Of a stretch of 64,000 nucleotides of DNA, positions 48,965-61,775 are shown piece after piece (the first letter of the stretch is position 1; each line of letters starts with the position of its first letter). The notes beneath the pieces are model-generated. The model searched no databases. It was not told the DNA's origin and saw only the letters and a program-made list of their open reading frames with translations. This DNA is from Callorhinchus milii. Lineage: Eukaryota. The DNA lies in contig NW_024704742.1 in NCBI RefSeq assembly GCF_018977255.1, forward strand, positions 23,128,001 to 23,192,000, in the 5' to 3' direction. The translations under genes were made by a program, and so were the position numbers.

Positions 48965-51900
48965 TGAAGGCATGAAAGGATTTGAGCGTCAGGATCTTAA
49001 GGGCGAGCCCACCTGTGTTGGCTGATCTCCATTGACTGAAGCGAGCGACTCAGGGCCAATCTCACACTTCCCTGGGGCCGGTTTCAGAGCAGCATAAGCA
49101 GAGCCCTGACCATATGGGTAGGACTGGCATTCCTACACTACTGAGTTTCCATTTGGTGAGGCTGCCACATGTGATACTGTTCAGTGCATTTGTCAAGCTG
49201 CCCAGCACTACTGTGGTGCCATGTCATCTCGATTTAATAGCTGTCGTGTTGCTCATTTTATACTTCACCCACTGTGCGTCGATAATATTTCTGCTCTGAC
49301 TGTCTATTGCAACTTGTTTTGCCTTAAGTGGCTGGTGTGTGGTGTTTGCCTTCAAAAGCAGTCACTGGACGTGACATTAATCATTGTAAAACATTGATGT
49401 AATAAGGTGCTGTAAAAAGGCAGCTTCTTTCTTTTTGCCTAACGATTCAGCGAAGGATCAAAATCCTGAATCGCAACCTCAATGAAAGCTTTGGTTACCA
49501 CTTTGTGAAAGACACTGAGTGATCCCTGTCTTATTTATCAGCACCAACCCCAACTCCTGGTCATGCTGGATCAGGGAGTGCAGATGGAACAGCCCAGCTT
49601 TACCCTGTTGTTTAAAGCGAAGCAGACACAGAACTAACCCCGGAATCACTCCGGGCTGTCTGTCTGGATTTAAAAAGTGCTGATATTTTTAATGTGTTTT
49701 CCATGGCTGTGTTTTCTGTCTCATGTAACATTTGCAACTCGTAACATTTGCAGGTGCTTTTCGTAAACGCAGCAGCATCGTAAATCATAGGTCACCGTTG
49801 ACCAGCTTGGAGTGGGGGGGGAGGCCTGAGCGGGGACTGAGGAGGACTTGCTCTCAGCCTGGCCACTTGTGACAGTTCAGGCATTACAAAAACAGATCAT
49901 TTGTTCCAATGAAATAATGGGTATGTTAGTTATGTTGCTGGGGGTGATAGAGTCGCGGAGCGGAGCCTGGTGCGGGAGAGGACACAGGCTGCGGAGTTCT
50001 GGATGATCTGCAGTCTATTGAGGGAGGAGTTGGGGAGGCCGACAAGCAGGGAGTTTGTTTGATGACAAAGAAGGAGCTAGAAGCCTGACAGTCTCCCATT
50101 AGATCTTTATTAAGAGGCTTGGTGAATCACGTGGCCCACAGTACAGGACACCATCAGCTATAAAATAAGGGTGAGATCAGACAAGAAGAATAGGTTTGGT
50201 GCTTCCACTCTTGGGCTTTAGAAGTCTGTAGTTTGCAGCATGAACTGAAGACTGGTAGAGCAGTCTTGAAGTCCATTGAAACGTTAGATTAAGAGTTGGA
50301 ATCTGTTTTATAATCTTAACTTAACCACAGTGGCAATACAGAGATGAAGATACTAATAATAATAATCTTTGCATTTGATAATCACATTTACCTTATCACA
50401 TTATAGTGACGTCTCAAAGACCTTCACAGTCTATACTGTAAAACAAATTTACTGTATATTTTGTGGGTGAAATGCGACAGCCGATTGCTCACAGCGAAGA
50501 TGGAAAGGGTATAGATATAGATTATGTGCAGCATAGCTGGGAAGCAAAGGGAGAGAGTGTAGATTGGCTGCGGTTTGGTTGGGAACAGATGGGAGGAGGA
50601 GAGAGAGTGTGTGAATTGGGTGCAGCACAGCCAGAATGAGATGGGAATTTCTTTAATTTGGTTATTTTTATAAAGTAAGTCTGTCTCTCTTTTTCTCGTA
50701 ACATTTCAATTCCAGCATATATGGGGTCAGATTTCAATTCCAGCATACATGGGGTCATACATGGGGTTGCATCAACAACCAAATGTGTCAGAAGGTTCAT
50801 GTATGGGCATCGTATGGGTCTTACAGCTGAGAGGGGCATTCCACCTGAAATAAGACAGTATCATATGACTGGTACAGTATTACAGGCTTATCTGTGGCTG
50901 CGGAATACAGGACAATACAGATTAGTGAGCAGGGTTTCTATGGTTTCAATCCAAGAGGCTGAGCAGAAAATCCTTGCTCTGCTCAAAATTCTCGAGAGCC
51001 CAGTGATTGACAACTCATGGAAGCAGAGTTTCTGTTGTCAGTACTAGAGTTTGCAGTCTGTCTCATGAGTGGTGGCGAGAGAGAGAGAGGAACGCTTCCC
51101 CTCCCCTCACTTCACTGTGCTCTGAGAATACGTGTGCTTGTTCGAAGTAAGTCAAGGCATTGGAGACTCCAGAGCTCGTTTTCAGTTATTGCTGGAATTG
51201 AACCACCTAACAATGCAAATTTGCATTAGTGTGAGGCAATGGACAATTAGGACTGTCGGGAGTTGAGTGGGAAGAATCCCATCTCCCAGTGACATACCTG
51301 CCAAATGCTATTGATGAACAAGGCAATCTGGTCAGTCATCAACAGTGCCCCTAGAGAACTCCAGAACTGCCTGGCTCAGTTGTTGGATCATTGAGTTCAT
51401 TATGTATTCTACTTTTGCTAGACTTGTCACTTGGAGGAAGAATGACATTTGCTTACGTTCAACTCCAGGAATAGTTATATGTTGGTAATTGCAACAATCT
51501 GTTCAGCAGCTTGTGGGATATTGCTGTGTGCAAATTAGCTGCCATGTTTTCCCACAAATACACAGCCACTATGTCTCTGATATTCCAACACATCCCTAGC
51601 ACTGCATTGGAACGTTTGCTTAGAACTATGTGAGTTCACGCCCCAATGTGGGGCTTGAACTCACAACCCTCTGACATGGTTGGTTGTTGATGCATTGTCG
51701 CCTGACCTGATGTACACTGGAAATTGAATTGTAATTATATAGAAGCTAGGTCTTTCTCAGTCGTGCAAATAGATACTGATGCTTTGCTGCCCCACCCACA
51801 GTCTACCTCTTCCTACCCTGAAGAGTTTTGTTCCTGTGTTTCACAATAAGGGAAACTCCAACACAGCAGTCAAATACCTAAACAAACTCATTGCAGCATG

Positions 51901-51984
51901 ACTTCTATCAATAAACCAACATAGAGCTGTTTGACATTCTCTCACTCAGGGAAAATATTATAACAGATTAGCAGGTGTTTTTAA

Positions 51985-52507
51985 AAAATATATATTTATT
52001 TATAAATATAATATTTAGTACGACATGTTCGTGCCCGCACACACCCTGATAAGGCACACTTGCTGCTTTCAGAAGGCGCCCGATGTGCACCATACGTGCA
52101 CATGTTTACCGTACATAAATTTTTGGGACGCTCTTTGGTTACATCTCGAGTGTTGTTCTGCACCGTTACCCAAAACAGTCAGTTTTGGGTACACTCATGG
52201 GCTACCCGGCGGGTTGTGCCAGAGCAGCTCCTGCTGGGGTCAGGCCCCACCTGGCCTTTGAGCCTAACTTCAGCTTGTCCCTCAGTATATAGTCCCTGAT
52301 GCTAACGGATGCGAGCCTGAGGCAGGCCCTCACTGTCTCCTCGTTCTGTTAGAAGAACACCTGGCTTTGGGAGTGACAAAGGGCCTCCTTTACCGAGTTT
52401 ATGATCCTCCAGGCACACTCGATGTGGGTTTCGTTGTGAGTGCCCAGGAACAGGCCGTACAGCACCGAGTGCCGTGACAGCGGGTCCTCAGGGACGAACT
52501 GCGAGCG
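51985..52507 (-). mobile_element. Tx1-like (L1 group) non-LTR retrotransposon 3' end
   Basis: Hand translation of the minus strand: SVLYGLFLGTHNETHIECAWRIINSVKEAL...ACLRLASVSIRDYILRDKLKLG..ARWG with one internal stop, then a 3'UTR with AATAAA. Confidence 0.75.
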
Positions 52508-52813
52508 AATTTATTCCATCAGTGAGGGCCACAGTGCGAGCTAAGGTTGTTGCCTGAGGGATCCTCTGTCACAGTATCCTAAAGTGTACAATGTCCTCCT
52601 CCTCTTAAGGTCAAGAGTCATCTAAGACCTTTGGCTTTTCTTCCCTGTTATGTTTTTGAATGAATCAAAGCTATTTGATTGTATATATATATTGTGCCCC
52701 GCAGACCTAAATACAATATATGTAAATGCAACAAACATCAAAATCACGGAGCCTGTCTCAATACCTGAATTTGCTTTACTGTGTAGTTTCAGAGCTGAAG
52801 CTTGGCTTTAGAA

Positions 52814-53011
52814 CAGTGGTGGCCAACTTTTTTAGTCGGACAACCAAATACATTTTCTTGGTTGAGTACTTCTTGATTTATGGCCATTTCAGGGGCATCG
52901 CTGCTCGGTAGCTACTGGAAACAAGGCATTGATTTGCAACAGACTTGCTTGGACTGGTGCAAATGTTCGGTGGGCCGCTCCAGCCCGCGGCCCATGGGTT
53001 GGCCACCACTG
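52814..53011. mobile_element. hAT (Charlie-type) non-autonomous DNA transposon / MITE, 198 bp
   Basis: Perfect 14-bp TIRs cagtggtggccaac / gttggccaccactg; 8-bp TSD ctttagaa / ccttagaa (7/8). Confidence 0.88.
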
Positions 53012-54199
53012 CCTTAGAACAATGTACAGGAATAGAATCATTAACATTATTCATTTGAAAGTAAGTCAATTGCGCAAAACACATGTTCATCGAGAAGGGG
53101 TTTGCCTAAGATTCCATGTTAAGACATCAATGTCACAGCTGACAGACCCTGCTGGCAACTTGTCCTCGAACAGGACTGTTGTATGAGCAGTCAAGACTCC
53201 ATCCCAATGAGGGAGTGTTTGACTTGCTTTGCCCAGACAGCAAGACCAGGGCTCGGTGAGTTGGCATTTGGTGCATCCTACCATTTGTTAGTACGTAGTA
53301 TTGTATTGAGTGATCCATCCACTCCTGATCTCACACTCCAATTATCCTCTGAAAAGTGACAATCTACTTGACATTCAATATAGACATTGATGTCTAAAAT
53401 ACTGTGCAGTGTGACAGCACAGTGTAGCCATTGACAAAAGTGCCTGAGACATAAAAAATTCTCCAGAGAATTCCCCCTCCGTCCCCCCCATCAGGAACAT
53501 TGGAGCCTCTTGACTCTGCACGACGTACACTGCCACACAGCACTGTCACCAGACGCCAATATTTTTTAATGATTGTCATGCAGATTGTCTCCTTTAAGTG
53601 GGTTATTGAACCATAAGATCAAGAAGTGGTGTACTGACTAAATGTGACCCAATCTATGAAGGAATGGGCAAAGGAATAGTAAGATGTGTATTAGGGTCAG
53701 TACCAACTCAATGAGCTCTGGTCTTTAACCCTCTAAATTACCTTTCAGACGCCATTCTGTCACACCATTTGGGTTATAATGTCTGGATTACTGGCGCACT
53801 CACCTCGGCTGACTGGATATATCCGCTGAAAAATATAGCCTTTGCTCCTGATCAGCAGGGATGTGGGTTCATGGAAATCCAGAGAAAGGTTTAATACAGG
53901 CCAGCATTTGGAAGAAAGGGGTTTATTAAAGGAAAATTTCTTGTCACCCCAATAGAAATGTGGTAGGTCTGGTATAAAATGATGAAACTACAAAACTCAG
54001 CCTTCTCTGCAAGTGTTTGTGAATACTCATGCTTCAATGTAAATTCCACCTATTTTATTTTTATATGAGTGTCTACAGTGGTTATGTTTTTGTGTATATG
54101 TTTGTTTCGCTATGTGTTTGTGTGTTAAGTCTGTGCATTTTGCTTTAGGTGTGTTTGTGGGAAGGGGTGAGTGGTACTTTGGGTATGGATCCATGTGTG

Positions 54200-57033
54200 T
54201 ACGATGAAAACATCGACATTCTCGCTCTCACTGAAACCTGGATCACTCCAGGTGACACCTTCCCCCTGATAAAGGCCACACCACCCTTCTACATCTTCCA
54301 TCATACCCTTCGACCTAACCCCCGTGATGGCGCTCATCTCCCGGTCCCCGCTTGGCCTTACCCTTTAATCCTCTGGAACCTTCCCATCCTTTGAGCACTT
54401 TATCGTTTATCACCACTGCAGCTTTTCCCTTAAAATTCTCCTTACCTATCACCCCACCAAGCCCTCCCCTACCTTTATCCATGACACCTCCACCCGCCTA
54501 ACTTCCCTTTCCCTCTGCTCCGAACACATCCTCATCCTAGGTAACGTCAACCTTCGCTTCACCCCCTCCTGGTCTACCTCTGCTGACTTCTCCCTTATCT
54601 CCTCCCTCAACCTCGCCCTCCACATCCACTCTGCCACCCACATCCGCGGTCATCCCCTTGACTTGGTGATCACTTGGGGTCTCACCCTCTCAGACCTCAC
54701 CATCATCGACAAAGTGATCTCAGACTCTCAATTCATCTCCCTTAACTCCTCAATCCCTCTCCCCACTGCCACCCAACCCACCTCCCCATATCCTACAGCT
54801 CCTGGAAAAAAAATCTCCCCCCCCCCTTCCTCTCGGATGCCTTGGAGTCATCTGAACTCCTTCCCCCATGGGCTTCCTCCCGCAATGACCTATCCTCTTT
54901 AGTCCCTCTCCTTCACTCTTGATTCCTTTGCTCCCGTATCTTCCCGAACTGTCTCCTGTTCAAGTAAGTCACCATGGTACACCAGCCACTTCCGCTCCCT
55001 TAAAGCAAAGGTGCGTGCCGTTGAACACACCTGGCTTAAATCAAACTTAACAATCAATTGGCATATCTGGCTGGACCTTATCAAATTCTACCACTCCGTC
55101 CTCGCCTCCGCTAAATCGTCGTTCTACTCCAAGACAATCTTGGAGGCCAAGGACAACCCCAGGTTCCTCTGCTCCATCAGAAACTGGCTCCTCCACCCAC
55201 CCTCTCATGCTTTGCCCATCCTCACCTCCAATGCCAACTGTGAGGCGAGGGTGGACTTCCTCGAATCAAAAGTTGAGGGGATCCGCTCAGCTGCCTCTGC
55301 CCTTCCATCTACTACACGCTCCACATTTCCCCCTCCCACCAAAGCCCCTACCCATCCTTGCCTCCACACCTTCAAACCTGTCTCCCCCTCCTCTCTCACC
55401 ACCACTATAACCCGCATGAAACGGACCACCTGCTCCCTCTCCTTACCTCCCAGCTCCACCTCCTTGCCCCTCTATTCACAGATATCATAAACCTTTCTAT
55501 GTCCACTGGTACTGTTTGCACCCCATTAAAAATGACTATCATCACTCGTATCCTTAAAAATCCCTCCCTGGACCTATCTCTAATCTCAAACTACACCCCC
55601 ATCTCCAACCTCCCTTTCCTCTCCAAGGTCCTGGAATCAGTCATTGCTTCCCAGCTTCGCACCTTTCTCTGCTGCCACTCCCTTTCCGAACCCCTCCAAT
55701 CGGGTTTCCGAGCCACCCACAGCACAGAAACAGCTCTGGTCAAAGTGACAAATGACATTCTGTCCATCTGCGATCAGGGCTCTGTCTGCCTCCTCGTCCT
55801 CCTTGACTTCTATGCTGCCTTCGACACAGTCGACCACTCTATCCTCATCCACCACCTCTCCTCTCACCTCAACCTTCATAGCTCTGTCCTTGACTGGTTC
55901 AGATCGTAACTCTCACACCGCCTCCACTTCATCTCCACAAACAGTTTCTCCTCTAGCCCCCACACCATCTCGTGCGGCATTCCTCAGGGCTCTGTCCTGG
56001 CTCCCTCCTCTTCAATATCTATATGCTCCCTCTTGGTGACATCATTCGCACACATGGGGTCAACTTCCACATGTATGCACCTAAAGGTATCTCTCTGCCT
56101 CCACCCTTGACTCCAGGACCACTGCTGTCCTGACAGAATGTCTGTCAGACATCAAATCCTGGATGAGAGGTAATTTTCTTCAGTTGAACGTTAATAAGAC
56201 CGAGGCTTTCCTGATTGGCTCCCGTCAGTGCCTCCTTACCTCAGCATCATCATCCATGGTTGCTCACTCCACCTTACAAAGCCAGTCCAGAACCTTGGCT
56301 TCTTGTTTGACCCTCAACAATCTTTTCTACCCCATATCCATGCCATGACCCGCTCTGCCTTCCCCACCCCTCCTATGCAACATGGCTCGACTACGCCACT
56401 GTCTCACACCGTAGGCCACCGAAACTCTCATATTTTCTTACATCGAGGCTTAACAATGCAAACTCCTTGTTTGTCGGCCTCCGCAACTCCTCCCTCTACA
56501 GGCTGCAGATCATCCAGAACTCTGCAACCCATGTCCTCTCCTGCACCAGGCTCCGTGACACTATCACCCCTATCGTCATCCAACTCCACTGGCTTCCCAT
56601 CACACAGAGGATATAGTTCAAGATCCTGGTCCTCACCTTCAAAGCTCTCCGTGGTCTTACTGCCCCTTAGTTCTGCGACCCCCTAACTCCCTACCATCCT
56701 GCCCGCACTCTCCATTCAGTGGACTCCGGCCTGCTTCGCGTCCCCCACCTTGCTTACCCCACCATTGGTGGGCGAGCCTTCTGCCACTCTGCCCCCACAC
56801 TCTGGAACTACATCCAGCAGTCCCTCCGCCTCGCCCCCTTCCTTGCCTCCTCCAAGACCTATCTCAAGACCCTCCTCTTCAACTGTGCTTTCGATCACCC
56901 TGCTTACCCCCCTGCCCTCCACCCTCCCCGATCCCGAACCCCAGCTTGGGTCCGAAACTCTGACTGTCCAGCGCCTTGGAACGTCCTCCCAATGTGAAAG
57001 GCGCTATAGAAATGTAATTTTTTTGTTATTGTT
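54200..57033 (+). mobile_element. Near-complete ORF2 of an L2 LINE (APE endonuclease and RT), inactivated
   Basis: IDILALTETWI (endonuclease), GHPLDLVI, SNYTPISNLPFLSKVLE, QSGFRATHSTETALVKVTNDIL, LLDFYAAFDTVDH, L2 tail. Many frameshifts and stops. Confidence 0.93.
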
Positions 57034-58399
57034 GTATGTTTGGGGTGGGTGGGTTTGTGCGTAGGCATGTATTTTGCTATGTGAGTATATATGTTCCATA
57101 TTTTGTTATAGGAGTATGAGTCTGGGGAGGTGTGCGTGTGTCTTTGTGTGGCGATGTGCGTGTTTTGCTATGGATGTTTGTGTGTGTGTGTGTGTATGTG
57201 TCTGCACCCACTCCACTGTAGCTGGACAGTCTTTCTATAATTGCTTCACAGAGTATTTGTGTCGAATCTCTTGAGCTGCCCTTCATTGACCTTACAGTGT
57301 GTGATGAGATCTGCTGGCCTCTGTTACCATGGCCACAGCTAATTTTTGTGGGGGGTGGGAGGGAAATGCGATGTGATGCTGAAAGCTGACCTATTTGAGC
57401 AACGCAGCAGACAACATGACATCCAGGACAGTGCTCGACAGATCACTCTGTGAATCTGGCTGTCTCCTCTCTCCTCTCTCTCTCTCTCCAGTCTGAGTGC
57501 ATTGAAGACAAGATCTGGTGATAGATGGTGTAGTCTTTAAGGAAGGGACATGGAGATGTTTTGAAATGGAAATTTACAGCCTTTGAAGCAGCTAGGTTTA
57601 TGGTAGAAGCGTTTGGTGGGCAGTGCTGATGTGAGGTTTGCCTGAATAGTGTTTGAGTGAGAAGCTTTTGAGTATATCTGTCAGAGTGGAAATATTATTG
57701 CCTGTATAGGACCCACTCAGTTCTGATACTCCTGAGTTCAGTCAGGCGCATTTTGTGTTGTTTAACAGCCTGACTCACCATCTTCACATTACTCCCATGA
57801 TTATTTTCCCAGTGAATTAGAAAACTGAGAATTAGAAAAATAAGAAACGTTCTGGGAGAACGAAAAGCCATTGGTTTAAATTAGAACTTTTTTCTCTTTT
57901 TAACGATGTTATTTCCCACTGTTGAATTAAAAATAATAAACAAATAATTATGCTTACTTTGTTTTCTGTGCTGTTGTGGTTTCTCAATTTGATGGCGGTC
58001 GGAATTTAACATTAATGCCTTGCTGGTGAGAGCAAAATGGAAATTCCTTTCAATTATATTCGGTTTACGTAGTGTATGTTTACTCATTTCAAAATTTGTC
58101 AAAGCAACTTATCAGCAATGATTGGAAAAAGATCCCTACAACAGCAAGTACAATTTACATTTATATTGAACCTTTCATGTCAGCAGGAGGTCTCAATGTC
58201 TCAAAGAGGAATTCTCATTTCTCCCGTAATTACATTTTCTTTGGTCAGACGAGTATTGACCCCCACAGAATCCATGCTTAAGAATCTTTAAACTAAATTA
58301 CTGAGAGTTCTACATATAATGGAAACATCCTTTTGTCTGGTATGAAGGACACACTATCTCCTGGAAATTATACTCACTCTTCCCCTAATCCCTTGAAGG

Positions 58400-58680
58400 T
58401 TTAGGCATAAATTGGCACGAAGCAAGTCTTGGGGACCCCAGAGTGTGCTTTGGGGTACTGCGGTGTTTAAATTTCTAAAAGTGAGTAGCTTGCCAATACA
58501 AATGATCTCGGGCAAGCTTCCTGCTGCTTGCCCAACTAGTACCATCCTACCCTAGAGGGTTTTCATTCACAAGGTTAACAGGAACTATGTCGGAAGAATC
58601 CCTCCTTCCCATGACCTTCAAGTCTTGTCAATGAGCCCAATAGGCTGATCTGTCATCAGCAGTGCCCTGGAGTACTGGGA
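58400..58680 (+). repeat. Unclassified dispersed repeat, 3' part
   Basis: ttaggcataaattggcacga..ggggtactgc..agcttgcca..ggcaagcttcctgctgcttg..gttaacagga matches 41510-41790. Confidence 0.7.
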
Positions 58681-59069
58681 ACCCACTTGACCCAGGAAGC
58701 AGACTATCAAGACCGCCACAGAGGATCAACTTAATTCCAATATTTCATTGTCAGGCAGGTCACACTGGAGCCAACTTCGATAATTATATTCAAAATAAAA
58801 ACGGGTTAGTGAAGAGATTGCTTGTCCCATTGCTGAACCAGCTTGTGCCTTTGTGCTTTCGAGATGCTGATCAGCTCACTGAGATTTGCAGGTAGTGAGA
58901 TCTAATGTGCGCGTGAGCTTTGAACAAACCAGATGATCCACTGCACATTGATAAAGATTACAATGAAATGTACACATTTTATTAGTTACATAAGCAGTTT
59001 TTATATTGTAACAATCTGGGAATCTGTAATACAGGCTTTCTACTTGAATAGTGTCAGAGAATCATTAAC

Positions 59070-59255
59070 ATCCGCCTGAAGGACGAGAGGACAGGATCTC
59101 GGACAGGATTAATTATATTGTGCAAGATCTCGAAAGATGGAACCTCTGACAATAGAGCACTTCCACAATACTGCACTGAGTCAGCCTGGACAAGGAGCAT
59201 AATCCCACAATGTTATGACCTGGAGCTGAGAATGCTACCAACTGAGCCAGGCTAA
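59070..59255 (-). mobile_element. Deu-domain SINE 5' part
   Basis: atctcgaaagatggaacctctgacaatagagcact...gctaccaactgagcca. Confidence 0.6.
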
Positions 59256-60552
59256 CATCTAGTTCCCTTCTTCCTACAATCTAAAGAGTGGAAGCCAAAA
59301 TTGGAATGGCAGTAATTTCAACTATGGGCCCCACCCCACCATCAATGTTTTCTTCTCTTGTCTCTTCTCCAATGCACAAAGTGTTGTATTCCCTTCTACC
59401 CCATATAAATGAAAGCCATTGATGTACGTGGTTTAATCATATTACTGTAATCTTAGGCAATGAAATAGCCGATCTGAGAACACGCCAGCACAACATTAAG
59501 TATATAATACTGGTCTGGGAATATGATTCTGATTCGCACACAGTGGGTCATGTGTGAGTGCAACTGGTTCTTCTTCACGTATACTTGACCGAGCGAGGCT
59601 TCCAAGCACTATTTGTTCCGAGGCTGTATCTCAGCGCTCCACGACACTACCCTGCACAACGGACGCTGTGTCCAAATTCCTGACATGTCCAGCTCCTCCC
59701 CGTGTGAAAGGCACTACACAAATGTAATTTTGTATTGTATGTACGTGCAAGTTGTTGTTGTACCTTATTGCAGAATGATTCTGTCCAAACATGCTAACAA
59801 ACTTAACCTGAGACACTCTTCAAGGAAAGTCTGATTTTCTAAAAGCAGCTTATGCTGCGTTCATAAGACAGACTCAACGATGAAGAGCCATGATTTAGGC
59901 AAGGAAAACATTTAGTCTATATGGGGGCTCGGGCACCGTAAGTCCAGCCCCCGCTCCTGATGAGGGTTGAATCACGCGCTGGATTCACTCCATTCAAACC
60001 TCACAGATTATCTGCCGGGCAGACCAAAGTTTTGTGATATTTCAGAGAAGATGATTACATAGCTGATCACGTGACTGCCTCTTTAATAATGTTAAAACAA
60101 ACAGCCAGTTTCAGTGTTCGCGTGTGCAGAATACCGAAAGTGGGCATTTCAGCTCTGTTGCTACACAATGTATAGAGTACATTATAATCAGGACAGACCT
60201 AATATCTAGGCGATGTGGAGTGGACATTATAAATCAGGACAGACTAGAGCCTAAGTGATGTGGAAAGTACAATATAATTGAAGCAGACATGATTCGGAGC
60301 GTTGTTCTATCTGATTGATAACGTAGCCTAGTTTTAGGGGCTACGTAAGCCAGTCTTGTTGAAATCTGGAAAGGAAGGAATGTTTCCTTGAAACCCACAG
60401 CTGCTTGCTAAATGTTGCTAAAAGTGGTGGCAAGGCATGTGCTGCAGTCCAGTGACACATAAAGTTTCTTGTTATTTTAGCAGCTGTTGCTGATGATGGA
60501 GGAGGATGTTGAGAATGCCATTGATGGTGCAATGGAGCTTGGTGCTCAACCT

Positions 60553-60880
60553 ATTTTATTTGGTCAGCCGGTGTCTGACATCTGCGGAAACCCATCACCA
60601 TGCTTAAGATGATCCAAACCAGACTGGGAGTTCCAACTATGTAAGCCACTTACACATGGAAATTTGCCTATGTCTGAAATGGAATGCGCACTCTTTCCCC
60701 AGAAGGACACATCCCTCTTAACTAATTATGGAGAGTATTAAGCGCAAGTTGGCAAGAGTACAAGGCTTTAGGATCCCAGTGTGCATTGTGGTACTGTTGG
60801 AGTCTAACCAGCTGAAAACGCATAGCTTGTCCCGCTACCTTTCCAGCTAGGACCACAACCGATGAACTTCCTGCTGCTCT
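60553..60880 (+). repeat. Unclassified dispersed repeat
   Basis: tttggtcagccggtgtctgacatctgcggaaacccatcaccatgctt...ggagtctaaccagctgaaa. Confidence 0.8.
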
Positions 60881-61492
60881 GCCATGTGTACAGAATGGGT
60901 GTTATGTTGGCCGCTTTCCATCCCGCTCCTCACTATGTTTCAGATCATTATTCTAATTGGGTCTCGCTGTTGATCTTAGCCACGCTTGCAGACTTTTGCC
61001 ATTGGTAGTCAGTGTCTAGCACCTGGATGTATCCTTCGCTGGTCTCTGGTGCACTTAACTTACTATCCCAACACACCATGGTATTCTGTGCGGGGGTTGC
61101 AGAGGGAGCTTGTGGGTGGAAGTGAATCTTCTCCAGTGGTAGCATTGCTCAGAATGCTGTGATGGCTCTGTGGCAGTGCACAACAGTTGCTCAGGATCTG
61201 CCCGAGGTGGTAATCCCAGGATGACAGATCCATGCCATTCACTTTTCACAGATTGAATTCTATATCGGAGTGGGGTGGGGCGGGGAAGAAGAAAGTTGTG
61301 AAATTATCCCTCTGCTGAAGTTCTCACAGCTTGCTGAACAAGCTCCTCCTTATAATTATTATTATTATTATTACTTGCACCTCAAACCTCCACTCCTCAA
61401 CAGTGCCCAGTTTTGATCTCTGCTCCAACACTTAGAAACATACAACACGAAACACAAATTTACATTTATACTGTACCCTTCAGATCAGGACT

Positions 61493-61775
61493 TAATAATA
61501 ATAATTCTTTGCATTAGATATAGTGCTTTTCACGTCTTCAAGATATCTAAAAGTGCTTCATAGAATATACTGTAAAGTGTATATTTGTGGGTGAAATGCA
61601 GCAGCCAACAGTTGTGGATTGAAGTGACCAATTTATTATTGCTTTTTTTTCTTGAGGGTTATTATCAGGTGTATGGAGTAAGGAAACTTGCCCAAAGTTT
61701 TGCCCTGCCGAGAATCGAACCCAGGTCTCTCGCTTTCGAGGCAAGTGTTCTAACCACTGAGCTACAGAACTTCAC
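61493..61775 (-). mobile_element. Full-length tRNA-derived SINE
   Basis: Reverse complement starts gtgaagttctgtagctcagtggttag; B box ggttcgattc; (TTA)n tail. Confidence 0.88.

Noticed and set aside
54200..57033. Active or domesticated reverse transcriptase gene
   Set aside because: Multiple frameshifts and stops, and the YADD motif is disrupted at ~56070-56090.
57460..57530. Possible DCLK2 exon 3 after a strong polypyrimidine tract and AG
   Set aside because: The translation (SECIEDKIW*) does not match the expected VTCLQDFFGDDDVFIACG, and the tract is a (CT)n repeat.
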